Assembly (NCBI RefSeq): GCF_009931435.1
Contig: NZ_CP043414.1
DNA from: Escherichia coli
GTDB taxonomy: Bacteria > Pseudomonadota > Gammaproteobacteria > Enterobacterales > Enterobacteriaceae
Length of the DNA stretch: 64,000 nt
Reading direction: 5' to 3' (one strand)
The notes under the pieces were generated by a model. The model ran no database searches. It was not told the origin of the DNA and saw nothing but the letters and a program-made list of their open reading frames with translations. Shown piece after piece: positions 1 to 13,489 of the stretch; the first letter of the stretch is position 1, and every line of letters starts with the position of its first letter. The translations under genes were made by a program, and so were the position numbers.

Positions 1-861
1 CGCGCCGAAGTAGAGCATATACGCGAGGCTGATACACAAGCAGCCGATGGTGAAGTTGCGCGACTTAAACAACGACAGATCGACTATAGGGTTATCGTCG
101 GTCAGCTCCCAGACAATCAGGAAGCTGATAGCCACCACCGCCACCACGGTGAGGATGATAATTTCCTGTGATGAAAACCAGTCCAGCTCTTTACCCCGGT
201 CGAGCATAATCTGCAGGCTGCCGATACCAATCACCAGCAGTGCCAGCCCCACGGCATCAATCCGCCGCCGTTCGGTGCGGGTTTCGCGTCCGCGCAGGGT
301 TTGCAGTGTCATCAACACCACCGCCACGCCAATCGGCACGTTGATGAAGAATATCCAGCCCCAGTGGTAATTATCGCTGATATAACCGCCGAGGATCGGG
401 CCGCAAATTGGCGCGACAATCACCGTCATCGACCACAACGCCAGCGCGATCGAGCGTTTGGCTGGCGGGTAGTTATTCAGCAATAGACTTTGCGAAAGCG
501 GGATCAACGGCCCGGCGACAATTCCCTGAATCACGCGGAAGAAGATCAGCATATTCAGGCTGCTGGAGACACCACATGCCCACGATGCAATAGCGAAGGC
601 GATGGTCGACCAGAGGAACAGCTTCACTTCCCCAACACGTTTTGCCAGCCAGCCGGTAAGCGGGATCGAGATGGCATTCGCCACCCCGAAAGAAGTGATT
701 ACCCACGTTCCCTGGCTGAGCGATGAGCCCAGGTTTCCGGCGATAGTGGGGATCGCTACGTTAGCAATGGTGGAGTCCAGCACCTGCATGAATGTCGCCA
801 GTGACAGCGCAATTGTCATAATGACCAGTTGCGCGCCTTCCAGCGGTTTTTGCTGTTGCAT
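1..861 (-). CDS. emrB: Multidrug efflux MFS transporter EmrB, N-terminal portion only (gene continues past window start)
   Basis: ATG at 861-859 on minus strand directly downstream of emrA; open frame to position 1; context emrR-emrA-emrB. Confidence 0.85.
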   Translation of the reverse strand, partial: MQQQKPLEGAQLVIMTIALSLATFMQVLDSTIANVAIPTIAGNLGSSLSQGTWVITSFGVANAISIPLTGWLAKRVGEVKLFLWSTIAFAIASWACGVSSSLNMLIFFRVIQGIVAGPLIPLSQSLLLNNYPPAKRSIALALWSMTVIVAPICGPILGGYISDNYHWGWIFFINVPIGVAVVLMTLQTLRGRETRTERRRIDAVGLALLVIGIGSLQIMLDRGKELDWFSSQEIIILTVVAVVAISFLIVWELTDDNPIVDLSLFKSRNFTIGCLCISLAYMLYFGA

Positions 862-877
862 CACACGCACCTCTGGA

Positions 878-2050
878 TTAGCCAGCGTTAGCTTTTACGA
901 TATCGTCGATCAGTTTATTGACAGGTGCCAGGCTGATTTCACGCGCGGTACTTACCGCAACCGGTGTGGAACGTACTTTATTTGCCAGTACCTGACCGTC
1001 ACGGTTAGTGGTATTGACGCTCACCAGCGTGGATAAACCGATACGCAGCGGGTATTGCTCCAGCTGTTTCTGGTCCAGTTCAATACGAACAGGCAGACGC
1101 TGAACGACTTTGATCCAGTTACCGGTAGCATTTTGCGCCGGAAGCAGTGAGAACGCGCTACCTGTGCCCATATCCAGACCAACCACTTTACCGGTGTATT
1201 TCACATCATCGCCGTAAATATCGGTGGTGATAGTGACCGGCTGACCGATACGCATATTGGCAATCTGCGTCTCTTTAAAGTTGGCATCCACCCACATATT
1301 GGTGGCTGGAACGACCGCCATCAGCGGCGTCGTTGGGCTAATTTGTGCCCCAGGCTGTACCGCGCGGCGGGAGACATAACCGGTCATCGGACTGACAATA
1401 CGGGTACGCTCCAGCGCCAGCCAGGCGTTACGTACTTCGGTGGCAGCCTGTTGCACGGCAGGCTGATCTTCCAGTTTAGTCCCCAGAATCATCGCCTGAT
1501 TGGCATTGTATTGTTGAATAGCGACGTCCAGTTGCGCCTGGGCACTGGTGACGGCGTCGCGGGCGTGTTGCAGCTCTTCGCGACCAATCAGGTTGGCATT
1601 GCCCAGCGGCACACGGCGGTTGTAGTCGCTTTGTGCTTTCGCGAGGGCGATTTTCTGCACCTCAATATTCGCCTGCAACTGCTTGCTGTTAATCATCAGC
1701 TGGTGGGTTTGGCGAACGCTGGAAGCCAGTGCCGTTTTGGCTTTTTCAAACGCCTGGCGAGCATCTGTCGGGTCGAGAGTGACCAGAACATCGCCTTCTT
1801 TTACAAAATCGGTGTTATCGGCCCAGACTTTCGTCACGCTGCCAGACACCTGAGACATAATTTGAATCTGATTCCCTGCCACGTATGCGTCATCGGTTTC
1901 TTCGAAATGACGCAGTACCAAAAACCAATAAATCCCTATCGCTACGGCAATAATTATAAAGAGCAAGGTGAGAAGGAGGAGCAGACGCTTACGTTTGCCG
2001 CTCTTCTTTACCGGTTGCTGCGGGGTTTGAGTCTCCGCATTTGCGCTCAT
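878..2050 (-). CDS. emrA: Multidrug efflux membrane fusion protein EmrA
   Basis: ORF 878..2062; translation matches EmrA (MSANAETQTPQQPVKK...), start trimmed to MSANAE. Confidence 0.92.
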   Translation of the reverse strand: MSANAETQTPQQPVKKSGKRKRLLLLLTLLFIIIAVAIGIYWFLVLRHFEETDDAYVAGNQIQIMSQVSGSVTKVWADNTDFVKEGDVLVTLDPTDARQAFEKAKTALASSVRQTHQLMINSKQLQANIEVQKIALAKAQSDYNRRVPLGNANLIGREELQHARDAVTSAQAQLDVAIQQYNANQAMILGTKLEDQPAVQQAATEVRNAWLALERTRIVSPMTGYVSRRAVQPGAQISPTTPLMAVVPATNMWVDANFKETQIANMRIGQPVTITTDIYGDDVKYTGKVVGLDMGTGSAFSLLPAQNATGNWIKVVQRLPVRIELDQKQLEQYPLRIGLSTLVSVNTTNRDGQVLANKVRSTPVAVSTAREISLAPVNKLIDDIVKANAG

Positions 2051-2176
2051 ATTGTTCTCCACGATCTTCTTAACTCATCGGCTGAGCCGACCTGCTTGCC
2101 AAAAAGGCCAGCATGTTGCGATGCTGGCCAGTCATTTTTTCTTTTATAAATCTGGATTTTTGAGCGAGATGACGCG

Positions 2177-2707
2177 TTAGCTCATCGCTTCGAGAACCAC
2201 ACCGTCTTGTTCCATCTGGTCGAGACGGGAGAGCAATTTGCGGGTGATTTGCTCGAGCTGATCTTTTTCTGTTGTGCTGAGCGCGGACCAGAGTTGATGC
2301 AGGCAATTATGCTGCGGTGGTAAAACCTCGCGCAAAAACTCGTGACCTTTTTCCGTTAATTGCAGATGCAGGCAGCGGCGATCGTTATCGCTTTCACGAC
2401 GTTCGATCCAACCGCGTTTTTCCAGTTCATCGGCAATACGCGTCGCGTTGGTACGGGATGATCCAAGAGCACAACTCAATTCAGAAGGCTGAATACTGTG
2501 GTTTTCCTGAGACTCCAGCGTAATCAACGCCATAAACAACGTCTCGTTAATCCCCTGAGCCTTCAGCATTTTATTGCGGTTCTCCAGCAGCTTGCTTTGC
2601 ATATGCATGCAAAGACGGGTCAGAAGGATCTCCTGATAAGGAAAATCTTCGTGGCGGCTGGCGCGAAATTTTAGCATTTGTTCAATGGGCGTAAACGAAC
2701 TATCCAT
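2177..2707 (-). CDS. mprA: MarR-family repressor MprA/EmrR
   Basis: 176 aa [17 protein letters not shown]..., upstream of emrA in same orientation. Confidence 0.92.
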
Positions 2708-2797
2708 TTGGGTATGACCTCATTAATTTCAGCCGATATAGTAACGACAGTGACAAATAAAGTAAATGTATTGTTTTAGAAAAATGATTCTTGTGGG

Positions 2798-3133
2798 TTA
2801 TATAATCGCCATCACTTTCCAGGCGAGCCCATAGGCCAGCGCACTAAGCAGTGTTGGGATGATAATGCTGCGTGTTTTATAGAAACTGGCACCCAGTACC
2901 GCGAAGCCGACCAGAGTGGGCACGAAACGGCGTGTATCGTGCATCACTTCTGGTGCGGTAGAGACAACCAGCAGAGCGCATATCGAGGCGATGCCAATGG
3001 TGTCGAGCAAAATACCTACCGCGCCACGTTTGGTTGGGCGGGCATTACCCACACGCAGGCGCAGCGGCAAATAGCGGAAGCAATAATTCGCCGCGCCAAC
3101 CAGTAACCCAAGCAGCAGAACCTCATAGCTCAT
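2798..3133 (-). CDS. ygaH: L-valine exporter small subunit YgaH (AzlD family)
   Basis: 111 aa hydrophobic ORF overlapping the end of ygaZ; conserved ygaZH pair. Confidence 0.8.
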   Translation of the reverse strand: MSYEVLLLGLLVGAANYCFRYLPLRLRVGNARPTKRGAVGILLDTIGIASICALLVVSTAPEVMHDTRRFVPTLVGFAVLGASFYKTRSIIIPTLLSALAYGLAWKVMAII

Positions 3134-3860
3134 CGGGCGCTCCTTGCCAGAATGCCTGGATTAACGCAGTGAGGCAGCCACAGACAATGCCTGCCAGAAT
3201 GGCGACGGGAATAGAAAATAGCGTTATGCCTGCAAGGGCACCAACTAACGCTGCGGTAACGCAAAGAGATTGTTTGCGCTGGAAAGAGGCGAGCAGGAAA
3301 CTCATAAAGAGTGCCGGAAGCATAAAACCTAATGCTGCTTCAACGGCGGGATATCCTTGCAGCAAGCCGCTGCCGGAGAATGCCCCTATTACCGTACCAA
3401 ATACCCACGATGACCATGAACTGAAGGCAATGCCGATCATCCAGTTCTCGCTCCAGCGGCGATTATTGCGTACCAGTTTTGCGGTTGCGGCGGCAAAAAC
3501 CTCATCCGTCAGGCCAAACGCCCACAGGGCAGTTTTCGATTTTTGCAGACGCTGAATAATACGGCTACGCAGTGACGGGCCATACAAAACATGGCGAACA
3601 TCCATTGCCATGACGGTCAGTGCAGCAACCCACAAACTACTCCCGGCTGCCAGCATCGCGGTAATGACGAACTGGCTCGCGCCTGCATAAATGATGCAGG
3701 AGAAAAAAACGCTTTCGAGAGGAGAGAATCCCAGACGGGTCGCATTCAGACCGAACGCAAAGGCCACCGGAATATAACTAATAACAATCGGTAAACTGTC
3801 TTTGCATCCTTCCATGAAGGTCGCCGAACCAGGAGCAGGCTGTGGAGTAGGGCTTTCCAT
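3123..3860 (-). CDS. ygaZ: L-valine exporter subunit YgaZ (AzlC family)
   Basis: 245 aa membrane ORF upstream of ygaH. Confidence 0.8.
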   Translation of the reverse strand: MESPTPQPAPGSATFMEGCKDSLPIVISYIPVAFAFGLNATRLGFSPLESVFFSCIIYAGASQFVITAMLAAGSSLWVAALTVMAMDVRHVLYGPSLRSRIIQRLQKSKTALWAFGLTDEVFAAATAKLVRNNRRWSENWMIGIAFSSWSSWVFGTVIGAFSGSGLLQGYPAVEAALGFMLPALFMSFLLASFQRKQSLCVTAALVGALAGITLFSIPVAILAGIVCGCLTALIQAFWQGAPDEL

Positions 3861-3983
3861 AGAGTGTACGCTTAACGATTGTTAATATTATAAATAGACT
3901 GAATGAATATCTTAACCTTATCAGACTGATGGGCTTCTTAACACCCTTATAAGTGTAAAGCCACGAAAACGGTTGCTGATTGC

Positions 3984-5168
3984 TTAAATTGCGGCTTCCT
4001 GACGATGAAAACCTCGCCACCAGACCAGTAAGTTAACCAGGGCAATCGTCGCGCCAGCCAGACAAACGCCAGCCCAACCGCCATGTTGCCAGGCTGAGGC
4101 TGAAATTAGCGAACCGGCGGCACCGCCAATAAAGTAGCTGGTCATGTAACCTGCAGTCAGGCGATTACGCGCATCAGGGTGTATTCGATAAATTACCGTC
4201 TGGTTAGTGATATGCACGCCCTGCACGGTGAGATCCAGCACCAGGATGCCGATAATCAAGGCCAGTACGGAAGTGTGACCAAACCAGATCGCCAGCCATG
4301 AAAGTAACAGCAGCAGCAGACCGAAAGTTGTGGTGTGGTGCGATTTGCCCTTATCGGCAAAACCGCCCGCCGGACGAGCGCCCAACGCTCCGGCAGCTCC
4401 CGCGAGTCCAAACAGACCAATTACGCCATCGCTGTAATTAAAAGGCGGAGCGGCGAGCAAAAAGGCCATTGAGGTCCAGAGAATGCTGAAGTTGGCAAAG
4501 GTCAGGCAGCCCAGCAACGCGCGGGTGCGCAGAATTTTATCGCTGATAAACATGCTGAAAACGGAACCAAGCAACTGTGGGTAGTTGAGGTGGGTTTCTG
4601 ATTTCATTTGTGGCAGACCACGCCATAATGCCAGCGCCATCAGTGCCATTAACACCGAGGCAACCCAAAAGACGGTGCGCCAGCCGCCGAGGTTTGCCAG
4701 CAACCCGGCAACGGTTCGTGCCAGCAAGATCCCCAACAGCAGCCCGCTCATAATGGTGCCGACCACTTTGCCGCGTTTGTCCGGTGAAGCCAGCGTCGCT
4801 GCCAGCGGAACCAGAATTTGTGCCACGACCGAGAATAAACCGGTTAATGCCGTACCGAGGATCATCATCGCCAGCGACTGACTGCTGGCGGTAATCAACA
4901 TACCGCCCGCTGCCAGTAAGGTCATCGAGACAATCAGGCGGCGGCGTTCAAACACATCACCGAGGGGAACAAGAAACAGCAGACCTGCGGCATAGCCCAA
5001 CTGCGCGGCGGTAACAATAAAGCCCGCCGAACTGGCGGAAAGGGAAAAGTTACGCGCGATGGTGTCGAGTAATGGCTGGGCGTAATAGTTACTGGCTACC
5101 GCCAGACCGGTGGCGATAGACATCAGCACGATCAGTGCCGGGCTAAGCTCATGATTAGGTTTAGTCAT
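3984..5168 (-). CDS. ygaY: MFS transporter YgaY (apparently intact here)
   Basis: 394 aa uninterrupted ORF with 12-TM style hydrophobic profile; position between ygaZ and proX. Confidence 0.75.
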   Translation of the reverse strand: MTKPNHELSPALIVLMSIATGLAVASNYYAQPLLDTIARNFSLSASSAGFIVTAAQLGYAAGLLFLVPLGDVFERRRLIVSMTLLAAGGMLITASSQSLAMMILGTALTGLFSVVAQILVPLAATLASPDKRGKVVGTIMSGLLLGILLARTVAGLLANLGGWRTVFWVASVLMALMALALWRGLPQMKSETHLNYPQLLGSVFSMFISDKILRTRALLGCLTFANFSILWTSMAFLLAAPPFNYSDGVIGLFGLAGAAGALGARPAGGFADKGKSHHTTTFGLLLLLLSWLAIWFGHTSVLALIIGILVLDLTVQGVHITNQTVIYRIHPDARNRLTAGYMTSYFIGGAAGSLISASAWQHGGWAGVCLAGATIALVNLLVWWRGFHRQEAAI

Positions 5169-5270
5169 TATTTTTGTTCATCAGGTGATGATTAAGCTGG
5201 AAATCAATAATAGCGGATGTTGATGAATATGGGATGAAAGATAGATTGTTGAAATGTGCGGTGTGGTTTG

Positions 5271-5352
5271 TAGGCATGATAAGACGCGGCCGCATCGCAT
5301 CAGGCATTGTGTACAGAGTGGCGGATGAGGCAAAAGCGCCTTATCCGCCCGA
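5271..5352. repeat. REP-like palindromic elements downstream of proX
   Basis: gtaggcatgataagacgcggccgcatcgcatcaggc and ggcggatgaggcaaaagcgccttatccgcc resemble REP units. Confidence 0.5.
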
Positions 5353-5359
5353 ATAAAAA

Positions 5360-6352
5360 TTACTTCTGCGCTGCCAGCGCCTCATTCACCCAGCCATCGA
5401 ACTGCTGCTGGTGGGCTTTGATCCAGCCATCAACGTGTCCCTGAATATCGCCTTCTGAGGCTTTGCCGTCATGCATGATGGCGTTCTGGGCGTTAATGTC
5501 TGCCACCGGCAACTGCATAATGGCAAACAGTTTCGCTGCTGCCGGGTTTTTCTCGGCCCAGGCTTTGTTGGCAACGATATGCATGGTACTGACCGGGAAG
5601 CCGTAATTCGCGCCATTCGGCAGTTTGGTATCGGCATTTTTATCGCCCGGCAGTGCGGAGAACGGCACCTGCAACCAGACCACATCTTTCCCCGGTTTCA
5701 GTTCGTTACTCACCCAGTACGGCGTCCAGGTGTAGTAAAACACCGGCTTACCCTCTTTGTAACGACTGATGGTGTCAGCCATCATCGCTGCGTAGTTCCC
5801 CTGATTATGGGTTACGGTATTGGTCAGTCCATACGCGGCAAGCTGGTGGTTGATCGCACCTTCGCAGCCCCAGCCTGGGTTACAGCCGGTTAAATCCGCT
5901 TTACCGTCGCCGTTGGTATCGAACAGTTTGGCGATCTTCGGATCTTTCAGTTGCGCGATGTTGGTGATTTTGTACTGGTCGGCGGTTTTCTTATCGATCA
6001 GGTAACCCTGTGCCGCGCCGTTAACGAATACCCCTTCACGATAAAATTTCTTATCGCCACCGGCAGCTTCGTACATGTTGTCATGCAGCGGCGTCCAGTT
6101 CACGGCGGTGAAGGTTGCATCGCCGGAAGCAAGTGAGGTGTAGCCAACGTTGTAATCCACTTCGCTGGGTTTATTGACGGTATAACCTAATTTCTCCAGT
6201 GCACGACTGACCAGCAGCGTCTGGAAGGTTTCTTCAGTGATGGTGCTCTGAACTGGATTAACAGTAATACCTTTGCCCGGCAGATCGGCAGCAAAAGTTT
6301 GTGTAGAGATAAGCGTGGCAAACGCTGTCGCAAAAAGTACGCTATGTCGCAT
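5360..6352 (-). CDS. proX: Glycine betaine/proline ABC transporter periplasmic binding protein ProX
   Basis: ORF 5360..6394; start trimmed to [14 protein letters not shown] signal peptide. Confidence 0.9.
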   Translation of the reverse strand: MRHSVLFATAFATLISTQTFAADLPGKGITVNPVQSTITEETFQTLLVSRALEKLGYTVNKPSEVDYNVGYTSLASGDATFTAVNWTPLHDNMYEAAGGDKKFYREGVFVNGAAQGYLIDKKTADQYKITNIAQLKDPKIAKLFDTNGDGKADLTGCNPGWGCEGAINHQLAAYGLTNTVTHNQGNYAAMMADTISRYKEGKPVFYYTWTPYWVSNELKPGKDVVWLQVPFSALPGDKNADTKLPNGANYGFPVSTMHIVANKAWAEKNPAAAKLFAIMQLPVADINAQNAIMHDGKASEGDIQGHVDGWIKAHQQQFDGWVNEALAAQK

Positions 6353-6409
6353 TGTTATTCCTTTTTTTGGCAGGGTGAAAATGCCCGGCGTCACCGGGCA
6401 AGTGCAGAG

Positions 6410-7474
6410 TTACTTAATGAATGGGCGGGTCAGCAGACCGACAGGGCCAGTGGTGTACCAGCGACGGTTGCCGCGACTGCGTGAGTCGCGCCCAACGGCC
6501 TGCGTCAGGCGGTCGAGGATAATGGCGAGGATCACAATCCCGACGCCGCCAACGGTGGCAAGCCCCATATCCAGACGACCGATACCGCGAAGTACCATCT
6601 GACCCAGCCCGCCGACGGCAATCATCGAGGCGATGACCACCATAGAAAGGGCCAGCATCAGCGTCTGGTTAACGCCCGCCATTATGGTCGGCATCGCCAG
6701 CGGTAACTGAACTTTGAACAGCATTTGACGCGGGCTGGCACCGAATGAGCGCGAGGCTTCAATTAAATCCGCCGGAACCTGATTAATACCAAGAATCGTC
6801 AGACGGATAATCGGCGGCAGAGCAAAGATTATAGTCACCACTACGCCCGGCACGTTGCCGATACCAAACAGCATGACGATTGGCACCAGATAAACAAACG
6901 CTGGCGTGGTCTGCATGGCATCAAGCAGTGGACGAATAATTTTCGCCGCTCGCGGACTTCTCGCCAGCCAGATCCCCAACGGCAAACCTATGACGATACA
7001 GAACAGCAGGGCGGTTAACACCAGCGCCAGGGTAACCATGGCCTGCGACCAGGCACCGATTGCGCCGATGGCAATCAGCGAAACCAGAGTCGCCACGCCC
7101 ATTCCGACCCCGGAAATCTGCCAGGCGATGAGAGCGAAAACGATAATCGCCACCGGCGCGGGCATACCCAGCAGCAATTGCTGGAAACCGTTGAGGATGT
7201 AATCAACCGGAACGCGCACGCCCTGAAAGACGGGACGAAAATGGGTAACGACCCAGTCGATCCCTTCAGTGACCCAACTGTCGAGCGGGATTAGCGTTTT
7301 ATGGAACGGATCGAGAATATTAAAATGCTCGACGTTTGGCGCAGGCGTACTGGTCAGCCAGTCAGCGCCACCGCCGTCAGTCGGTGCAGTCGCCGGTGTA
7401 CCCCAGGCGTCTGCAGATTGTGCAGCACTGTCCGCCGCTGGCGTGGTATCCCACGGATTATTTTGATCAGCCAT
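6410..7474 (-). CDS. proW: Glycine betaine/proline ABC transporter permease ProW
   Basis: 354 aa, [19 protein letters not shown]... Confidence 0.92.
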   Translation of the reverse strand: MADQNNPWDTTPAADSAAQSADAWGTPATAPTDGGGADWLTSTPAPNVEHFNILDPFHKTLIPLDSWVTEGIDWVVTHFRPVFQGVRVPVDYILNGFQQLLLGMPAPVAIIVFALIAWQISGVGMGVATLVSLIAIGAIGAWSQAMVTLALVLTALLFCIVIGLPLGIWLARSPRAAKIIRPLLDAMQTTPAFVYLVPIVMLFGIGNVPGVVVTIIFALPPIIRLTILGINQVPADLIEASRSFGASPRQMLFKVQLPLAMPTIMAGVNQTLMLALSMVVIASMIAVGGLGQMVLRGIGRLDMGLATVGGVGIVILAIILDRLTQAVGRDSRSRGNRRWYTTGPVGLLTRPFIK

Positions 7475-8669
7475 TATTTACCCCCTCACGATCTAAAGCG
7501 CGCAGCAGCATTCCTTTCGAAATGATGCCGACATACTGTTGGTCCTCGTCGACCACGGGCACCGCACAGGGCGCTTGTCCGACATGAGAGAGCAACTCGC
7601 TAAGAGGCGTTTGCGCATCGACTGCTAATGGCGCATCAATCAGCGCCGCATCAAGACCTTGCTGCTGCGTTAACGCGGTTTTAAGCGAATCGATAGACAC
7701 AGCGCCGACAAACTTATTACCGCGTTCGATAACGTAGCCATATTCGCGGTCTTCATCCTGCAATAATTTCAATGCCGAACGTGGGCCGAAGCCAGGGGTT
7801 TTACGAATTAAGCCATTCGGTGTCCGACGGGCAATATCTTTCGCACTGAATACCTGACTAATATCAACGCCACGGAAGAAGGTACGGACATAATCATTCG
7901 CCGGATTATTGAGAATTTCATCCGGTGTGCCAACCTGCACCACTTCACCATTTTGCATAATGGCAATTCGGTCGCCAATACGCATCGCTTCGTCGAGATC
8001 GTGAGAAATAAAGACAATGGTACGTTGATGTTTCGCCTGTAATTTTACCAGCTCATCCTGCATCTCAGTGCGAATTAATGGATCAAGCGCCGAGAAGGCT
8101 TCGTCCATTAATAATATATCCGGATTAATTGCTAATGCGCGGGCTAATCCGACGCGTTGACGCATCCCACCAGAGAGTTCGTCCGGGTAGCTATGGGCAT
8201 AATTTTCCAGCCCGACCTGACGCAGTGCATCAAGGGCTTTTTCCCGGCGTTCTTCGGCATTAATTCCGGCCAATTCCATACCGAATGCAGTATTGTCCAG
8301 CACGGTCATATGCGGCATTAAGGCAAAGGACTGGAAGACCATCGCAATCTTTTTTCTGCGCACCTCACGGAGTTCGGCGTCGGATATTTTGGCAATATCC
8401 ACACCATCAATCAGCACTTGCCCGCGGGTGGGTTCAATCAGGCGATTGAGAAGGCGTACCATTGTGGATTTACCCGAACCGGATAATCCCATGATGACAA
8501 ATATCTCGCCTTCTTCAATGGCCAGACTGGCGTCTTTTACGCCAAGCGATAGCCCGGTTTTTTCCAGAATTTGTTCTTTTGAAAGTCCTTGTTCGATATA
8601 TTTGAACGCTCGCTGAGGATGCTCGCCAAATATTTTATAGAGATTTTTAATTTCTAATTTAATTGCCAT
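7467..8669 (-). CDS. proV: Glycine betaine/proline ABC transporter ATPase ProV
   Basis: 400 aa, Walker [10 protein letters not shown], tandem CBS C-terminus. Confidence 0.92.
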   Translation of the reverse strand: MAIKLEIKNLYKIFGEHPQRAFKYIEQGLSKEQILEKTGLSLGVKDASLAIEEGEIFVIMGLSGSGKSTMVRLLNRLIEPTRGQVLIDGVDIAKISDAELREVRRKKIAMVFQSFALMPHMTVLDNTAFGMELAGINAEERREKALDALRQVGLENYAHSYPDELSGGMRQRVGLARALAINPDILLMDEAFSALDPLIRTEMQDELVKLQAKHQRTIVFISHDLDEAMRIGDRIAIMQNGEVVQVGTPDEILNNPANDYVRTFFRGVDISQVFSAKDIARRTPNGLIRKTPGFGPRSALKLLQDEDREYGYVIERGNKFVGAVSIDSLKTALTQQQGLDAALIDAPLAVDAQTPLSELLSHVGQAPCAVPVVDEDQQYVGIISKGMLLRALDREGVNNG

Positions 8670-9023
8670 GCAATAGAAAGATTCCTGTTATTTGTTTATG
8701 TCGATACATTACCCAATGGAAATAGTCACTTTTTTCTACCCTAACATACTGAGAATCTGAGGCAACCCCTGATGGCAAATGTGGCATGAATATTGATGCG
8801 AGCAAATCGCCGGAATTTCCCATGATATAAGGGCTGAGAGCAAATCGAGAAAGTTGATATTTTTTGTCATAGATAGCGAAAAAACGCCTGAATATTGTGG
8901 TTTCAGGCGAATAATGCAACAGAGTATCAGTGTAGATCACCACAAAATATTTGCGTGATAAAAAGCTATTTGGCAGGAATTATTTCCCTACTGTGGTTGG
9001 TGATATTTTTGAAAATAACACAC
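8670..9023 (-). promoter_or_regulatory. proU upstream regulatory and promoter region (AT-rich)
   Basis: 354 bp AT-rich gap upstream of proV; assigned from known locus organisation, individual sites not mapped. Confidence 0.45.
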
Positions 9024-9992
<969 letters not shown>

Positions 9993-12137
9993 TTAAAGTG
10001 CACAGGAGACGCAGCCTTCAATTTCAGTGCCTTCCAGCGCCATCTGACGCAGGCGGATGTAGTAGAGCGTTTTGATACCTTTGCGCCAGGCGTAAATCTG
10101 CGCTTTGTTGATATCGCGAGTGGTGGCGGTATCGGGGAAAAACAGTGTCAGCGACAGCCCCTGATCGACATGGCGAGTCGCTTCGGCGTAGGTGTCGATG
10201 ATCTTTTCTGCGCCGATTTCGTAAGCGTCCTGATACAGCGCCAGATTCTCGTTAGTCATAAATGGGGCAGGGTAGTAAACGCGTCCTGTTTTGCCTTCTT
10301 TGCGTATCTCTACTTTCGCCACAATCGGATGAATACTCGACGTGGCATGGTTGATATAAGAGATGGAGCCGGTTGGCGGCACTGCCTGGAGATTCTGGTT
10401 GTAAATGCCATAGCGCATCACGTCGTCGCGCAGTTGCGCCCACATTTCGCGGGTAGGTAACGTGATGCTGCTACGAGCAAACAACTCGCCAACTTTCGCC
10501 GTTTTCGGTTGCCAGTTACCTTGCAGATATTGGCTAAAATATTCACCGCTGGCATAGCGTGACTGTTTGAACCCGGCGAAGGTTTCACCGCGTTCGCGCG
10601 CCAGCAACATTGAGGTACGCAGCGCGTGCCAGGTGATGGTGTAGAAATAGAGATTGGTGAAATCCAGTGCTTCCGGCGAACCATAGGCGATGCCTTCTCG
10701 CGCCAGATAACCGTGTAAATTCATCTGCCCCAGACCGATAGCGTGTGAGGCGGCATTTCCGGCTTCGATGGACGGCACGCTGCGAATATGACTCATATCT
10801 GACACCGCAGTTAAACCGCGTACGGCGATCTCTACCGTGCGGGCAAAATCGGGGGAATCCATGGTGTGGGCAATATTCAACGAACCTAAATTGCAGGAAA
10901 TATCATGGCCTGTGCGGGCATAGTCGAGATTCTCGTCATACTCTGAGGCGCTGTTAACCTGCAAAATTTCTGAGCAGAGATTGCTCATATTTATACGCCC
11001 GGCAATAGGGTTAGCACGGTTAACCGTGTCTTCATACATGATGTAGGGATAGCCGGACTCAAACTGGATCTCCGCCAGTCGCTGGAAGAAATCACGGGCG
11101 TTGATGTATTTTTTGCGGATTCGCTCATCGGCAACCAGTTCGTCATAGTGTTCACTGATGGCGATATCGGCAAACGGCTTGCCATAAACACGCTCAACGT
11201 CATAGGGCGAAAACAGTGCCATCTGCGCATTCTCTTTTGCCAGATGGAAGGTGATATCCGGGATAACCACGCCCAGCGACAGTGTTTTAATGCGGATTTT
11301 CTCGTCGGCATTTTCCCGCTTTGTATCGAGAAAACGCAGTATATCGGGATGATGGGCATGTAAATAGACTGCGCCAGCACCCTGACGCGCGCCGAGCTGG
11401 TTGGCATAGGAAAATGCGTCTTCCAGCATTTTCATCACCGGAATCACGCCAGAAGATTGATTTTCAATACGTTTAATTGGCGCGCCCGCTTCCCGCAGAT
11501 TCGACAGCAAAAATGCCACGCCGCCGCCGCGTTTCGACAGTTGTAGTGCGGAATTTACCGCCCGGCCAATCGACTCCATATTGTCTTCAATACGCAGCAA
11601 AAAACAGGAAACCAGTTCGCCGCGCTGCTGCTTACCACAGTTGAGGAATGTCGGTGTTGCAGGCTGAAAGCGTCCTGACAGCATCTCATCGGTCAGTTGC
11701 GTCGCCAGTGTTTTATCGCCTTGTGCCAGCGTCAGCGCCACCATCGTGACTCGATCGGCAAAATCTTCCAGATAACGCTTACCGTCGAATGTCTTCAACG
11801 TATAGCTGGTGTAAAACTTCCATGCTCCGAGGAATGTCTGAAAACGAAAACCGCTGGCGTGTGCGTGGGCAAATAGCGTAATGACAAATTCGCGAGAGTA
11901 ACGGTTGAGGACGCTTTCATCATAGTAACCCTCGTTGACCAGCCAGTTCAGGCGCTGCTGTTGGCTGCTGAAGGTCACGCTATTCGGGCGTACATGCGTC
12001 GCCAAAAATGCATCTACTGCCTGGCGGTCTTTATCGAACTGAATGCGACCCGCGTTATCGTAAATATTAAGCATCGCATTCAGAGCGTGGTAATCCATCG
12101 TTTCCTGCGTCAGGCGTTCTGCGGTTGTCGTTGCCAA
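9993..12137 (-). CDS. nrdE: Class Ib ribonucleotide reductase alpha subunit NrdE
   Basis: 714 aa ending in ...CVSCAL. Confidence 0.92.
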
Positions 12138-12520
12138 AATTCGGTTACTCCTTTACGAACGTTTTCGATATCGCTTTGCGTACCCATGAGTTCAAAGCGG
12201 TACAGCCACGGCACGCCGCATTTCCGGGCAATCACATCTCCGGCGCGGCCATACGCCTCACCAAAGTTGCGATTACCCGAAGCAATAACGCCGCGAAGCA
12301 ACGCCCGGTTGTGCTCGTCGTTTAAAAAGCGAATGACCTGCCGTGGCACCGCGCCAGCCGTACCGCCGCCGCCGTAAGAGGGCACGATCAGGATGTAAGG
12401 CTCGTCTACCTGAATCCGTTCCCGCTCATTGAGCGGGATGCGCACCGCGGGCAGTCCTAAACGTTCGATAAAACGCTGCGTATTTTCGGAGCTGCTGGAA
12501 AAGTAGACGAGTTGGCTCAT
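12110..12520 (-). CDS. nrdI: Flavodoxin-like protein NrdI
   Basis: 136 aa, overlaps nrdE start and nrdH end. Confidence 0.9.
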
Positions 12521-12762
12521 GCACTGGCCGCGTGTGGCGCTGGATGCAGACGATTGATCATGTCCGGGCGGAAACCAGACCAGCTAAGATCTCCTGCAAT
12601 CACTACCGGCAACTGACGAAAGCCCTGAGCACGTAACGCTTCCGCCGCTTCAGGAACGCGATCGACATTAATCATTTCAAAATCAAAGCCCCGGTTTTCC
12701 ATCGCCCGTTTGGTGGCGTGGCACTGAACGCAATCGTTACGAGTGTAAATAGTAATGCGCAT
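12517..12762 (-). CDS. nrdH: Glutaredoxin-like protein NrdH
   Basis: 81 aa with CVQC redox motif. Confidence 0.9.
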
Positions 12763-12970
12763 GATTCGTATTTCCGTTTAAAATGAAGATACGGCGCGAT
12801 GATACGCGTCGGGTTGTCTCTCTGTTGATACAGAGATACTAGATGTAGTTGAAAAAAGATTCAACCATACAAGATATGGGAATTTTAGATTGATTACACC
12901 ACCGATGAATGGCTCAACGGGGTAGGGGATTTTGTGTTTTTTTGCCGGGCGATTGCCCGGCATCAGGAAG

Positions 12971-13402
12971 TTACATCCGCATGGAAACGGCCAGGCGGTT
13001 AAAGCAATTCATCAGCCCGATGGCAAATGTTAAGTCGCTGATTTCTGCTGCGCTGAAATGCTCAAGCAAAGGCTGATAAACGTCGTCTTCCGCATGGGTT
13101 CGGGCAATATCGGTCACCGATTCCGCCCATGCCAGCGCCGCCCGCTCGCGATCGTCAAAATGATGGCTTACGCGCCAGCCTGCCAGGGCATCCAGCTTAT
13201 GCTGCGGCACACCGGATTTGCGTAATGCTTTGCTGTGCATCTCCAGACAAAATGCGCAACCATTGATTTGCGAGACGCGCAAATAAACTAACTCCATCAG
13301 CGTAGTTTCCAGCGTGCTATTTTCCAGCGCCGTTTTGGCCTGCACCAGCGCGTTATATACCGTTGGGCTAAGTTCGTAGTAAGGCTGACGTAATGTAGTC
13401 AT
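12971..13402 (-). CDS. Carboxymuconolactone decarboxylase (AhpD-like) family protein
   Basis: 143 aa with CAFCLEMH (CxxC...H) motif typical of the CMD/AhpD family. Confidence 0.65.
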   Translation of the reverse strand: MTTLRQPYYELSPTVYNALVQAKTALENSTLETTLMELVYLRVSQINGCAFCLEMHSKALRKSGVPQHKLDALAGWRVSHHFDDRERAALAWAESVTDIARTHAEDDVYQPLLEHFSAAEISDLTFAIGLMNCFNRLAVSMRM

Positions 13403-13489
13403 ACAGTTTCTCCTCTTATTAACGCCCGCAATGTAGCACTATAATGGACTGCTAAAGAGAGCCATAAATTACCTAAAAAAGCAGACCAT

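Noticed and set aside
47-2149. Plus-strand ORFs (47..370, 301..486, 602..1036, 1343..2149) inside emrB and emrA
   Set aside because: Antisense to well-supported emrAB coding sequence with no independent motif support; treated as spurious frames.
12778-12963. 61 aa ORF and hairpin (gccgggcgattgcccggc) in the nrdH upstream region
   Set aside because: The ORF lies in the known nrdHIEF promoter region and has no coding signal; the hairpin has a T-run on the wrong side for either strand, so it was not called a terminator.
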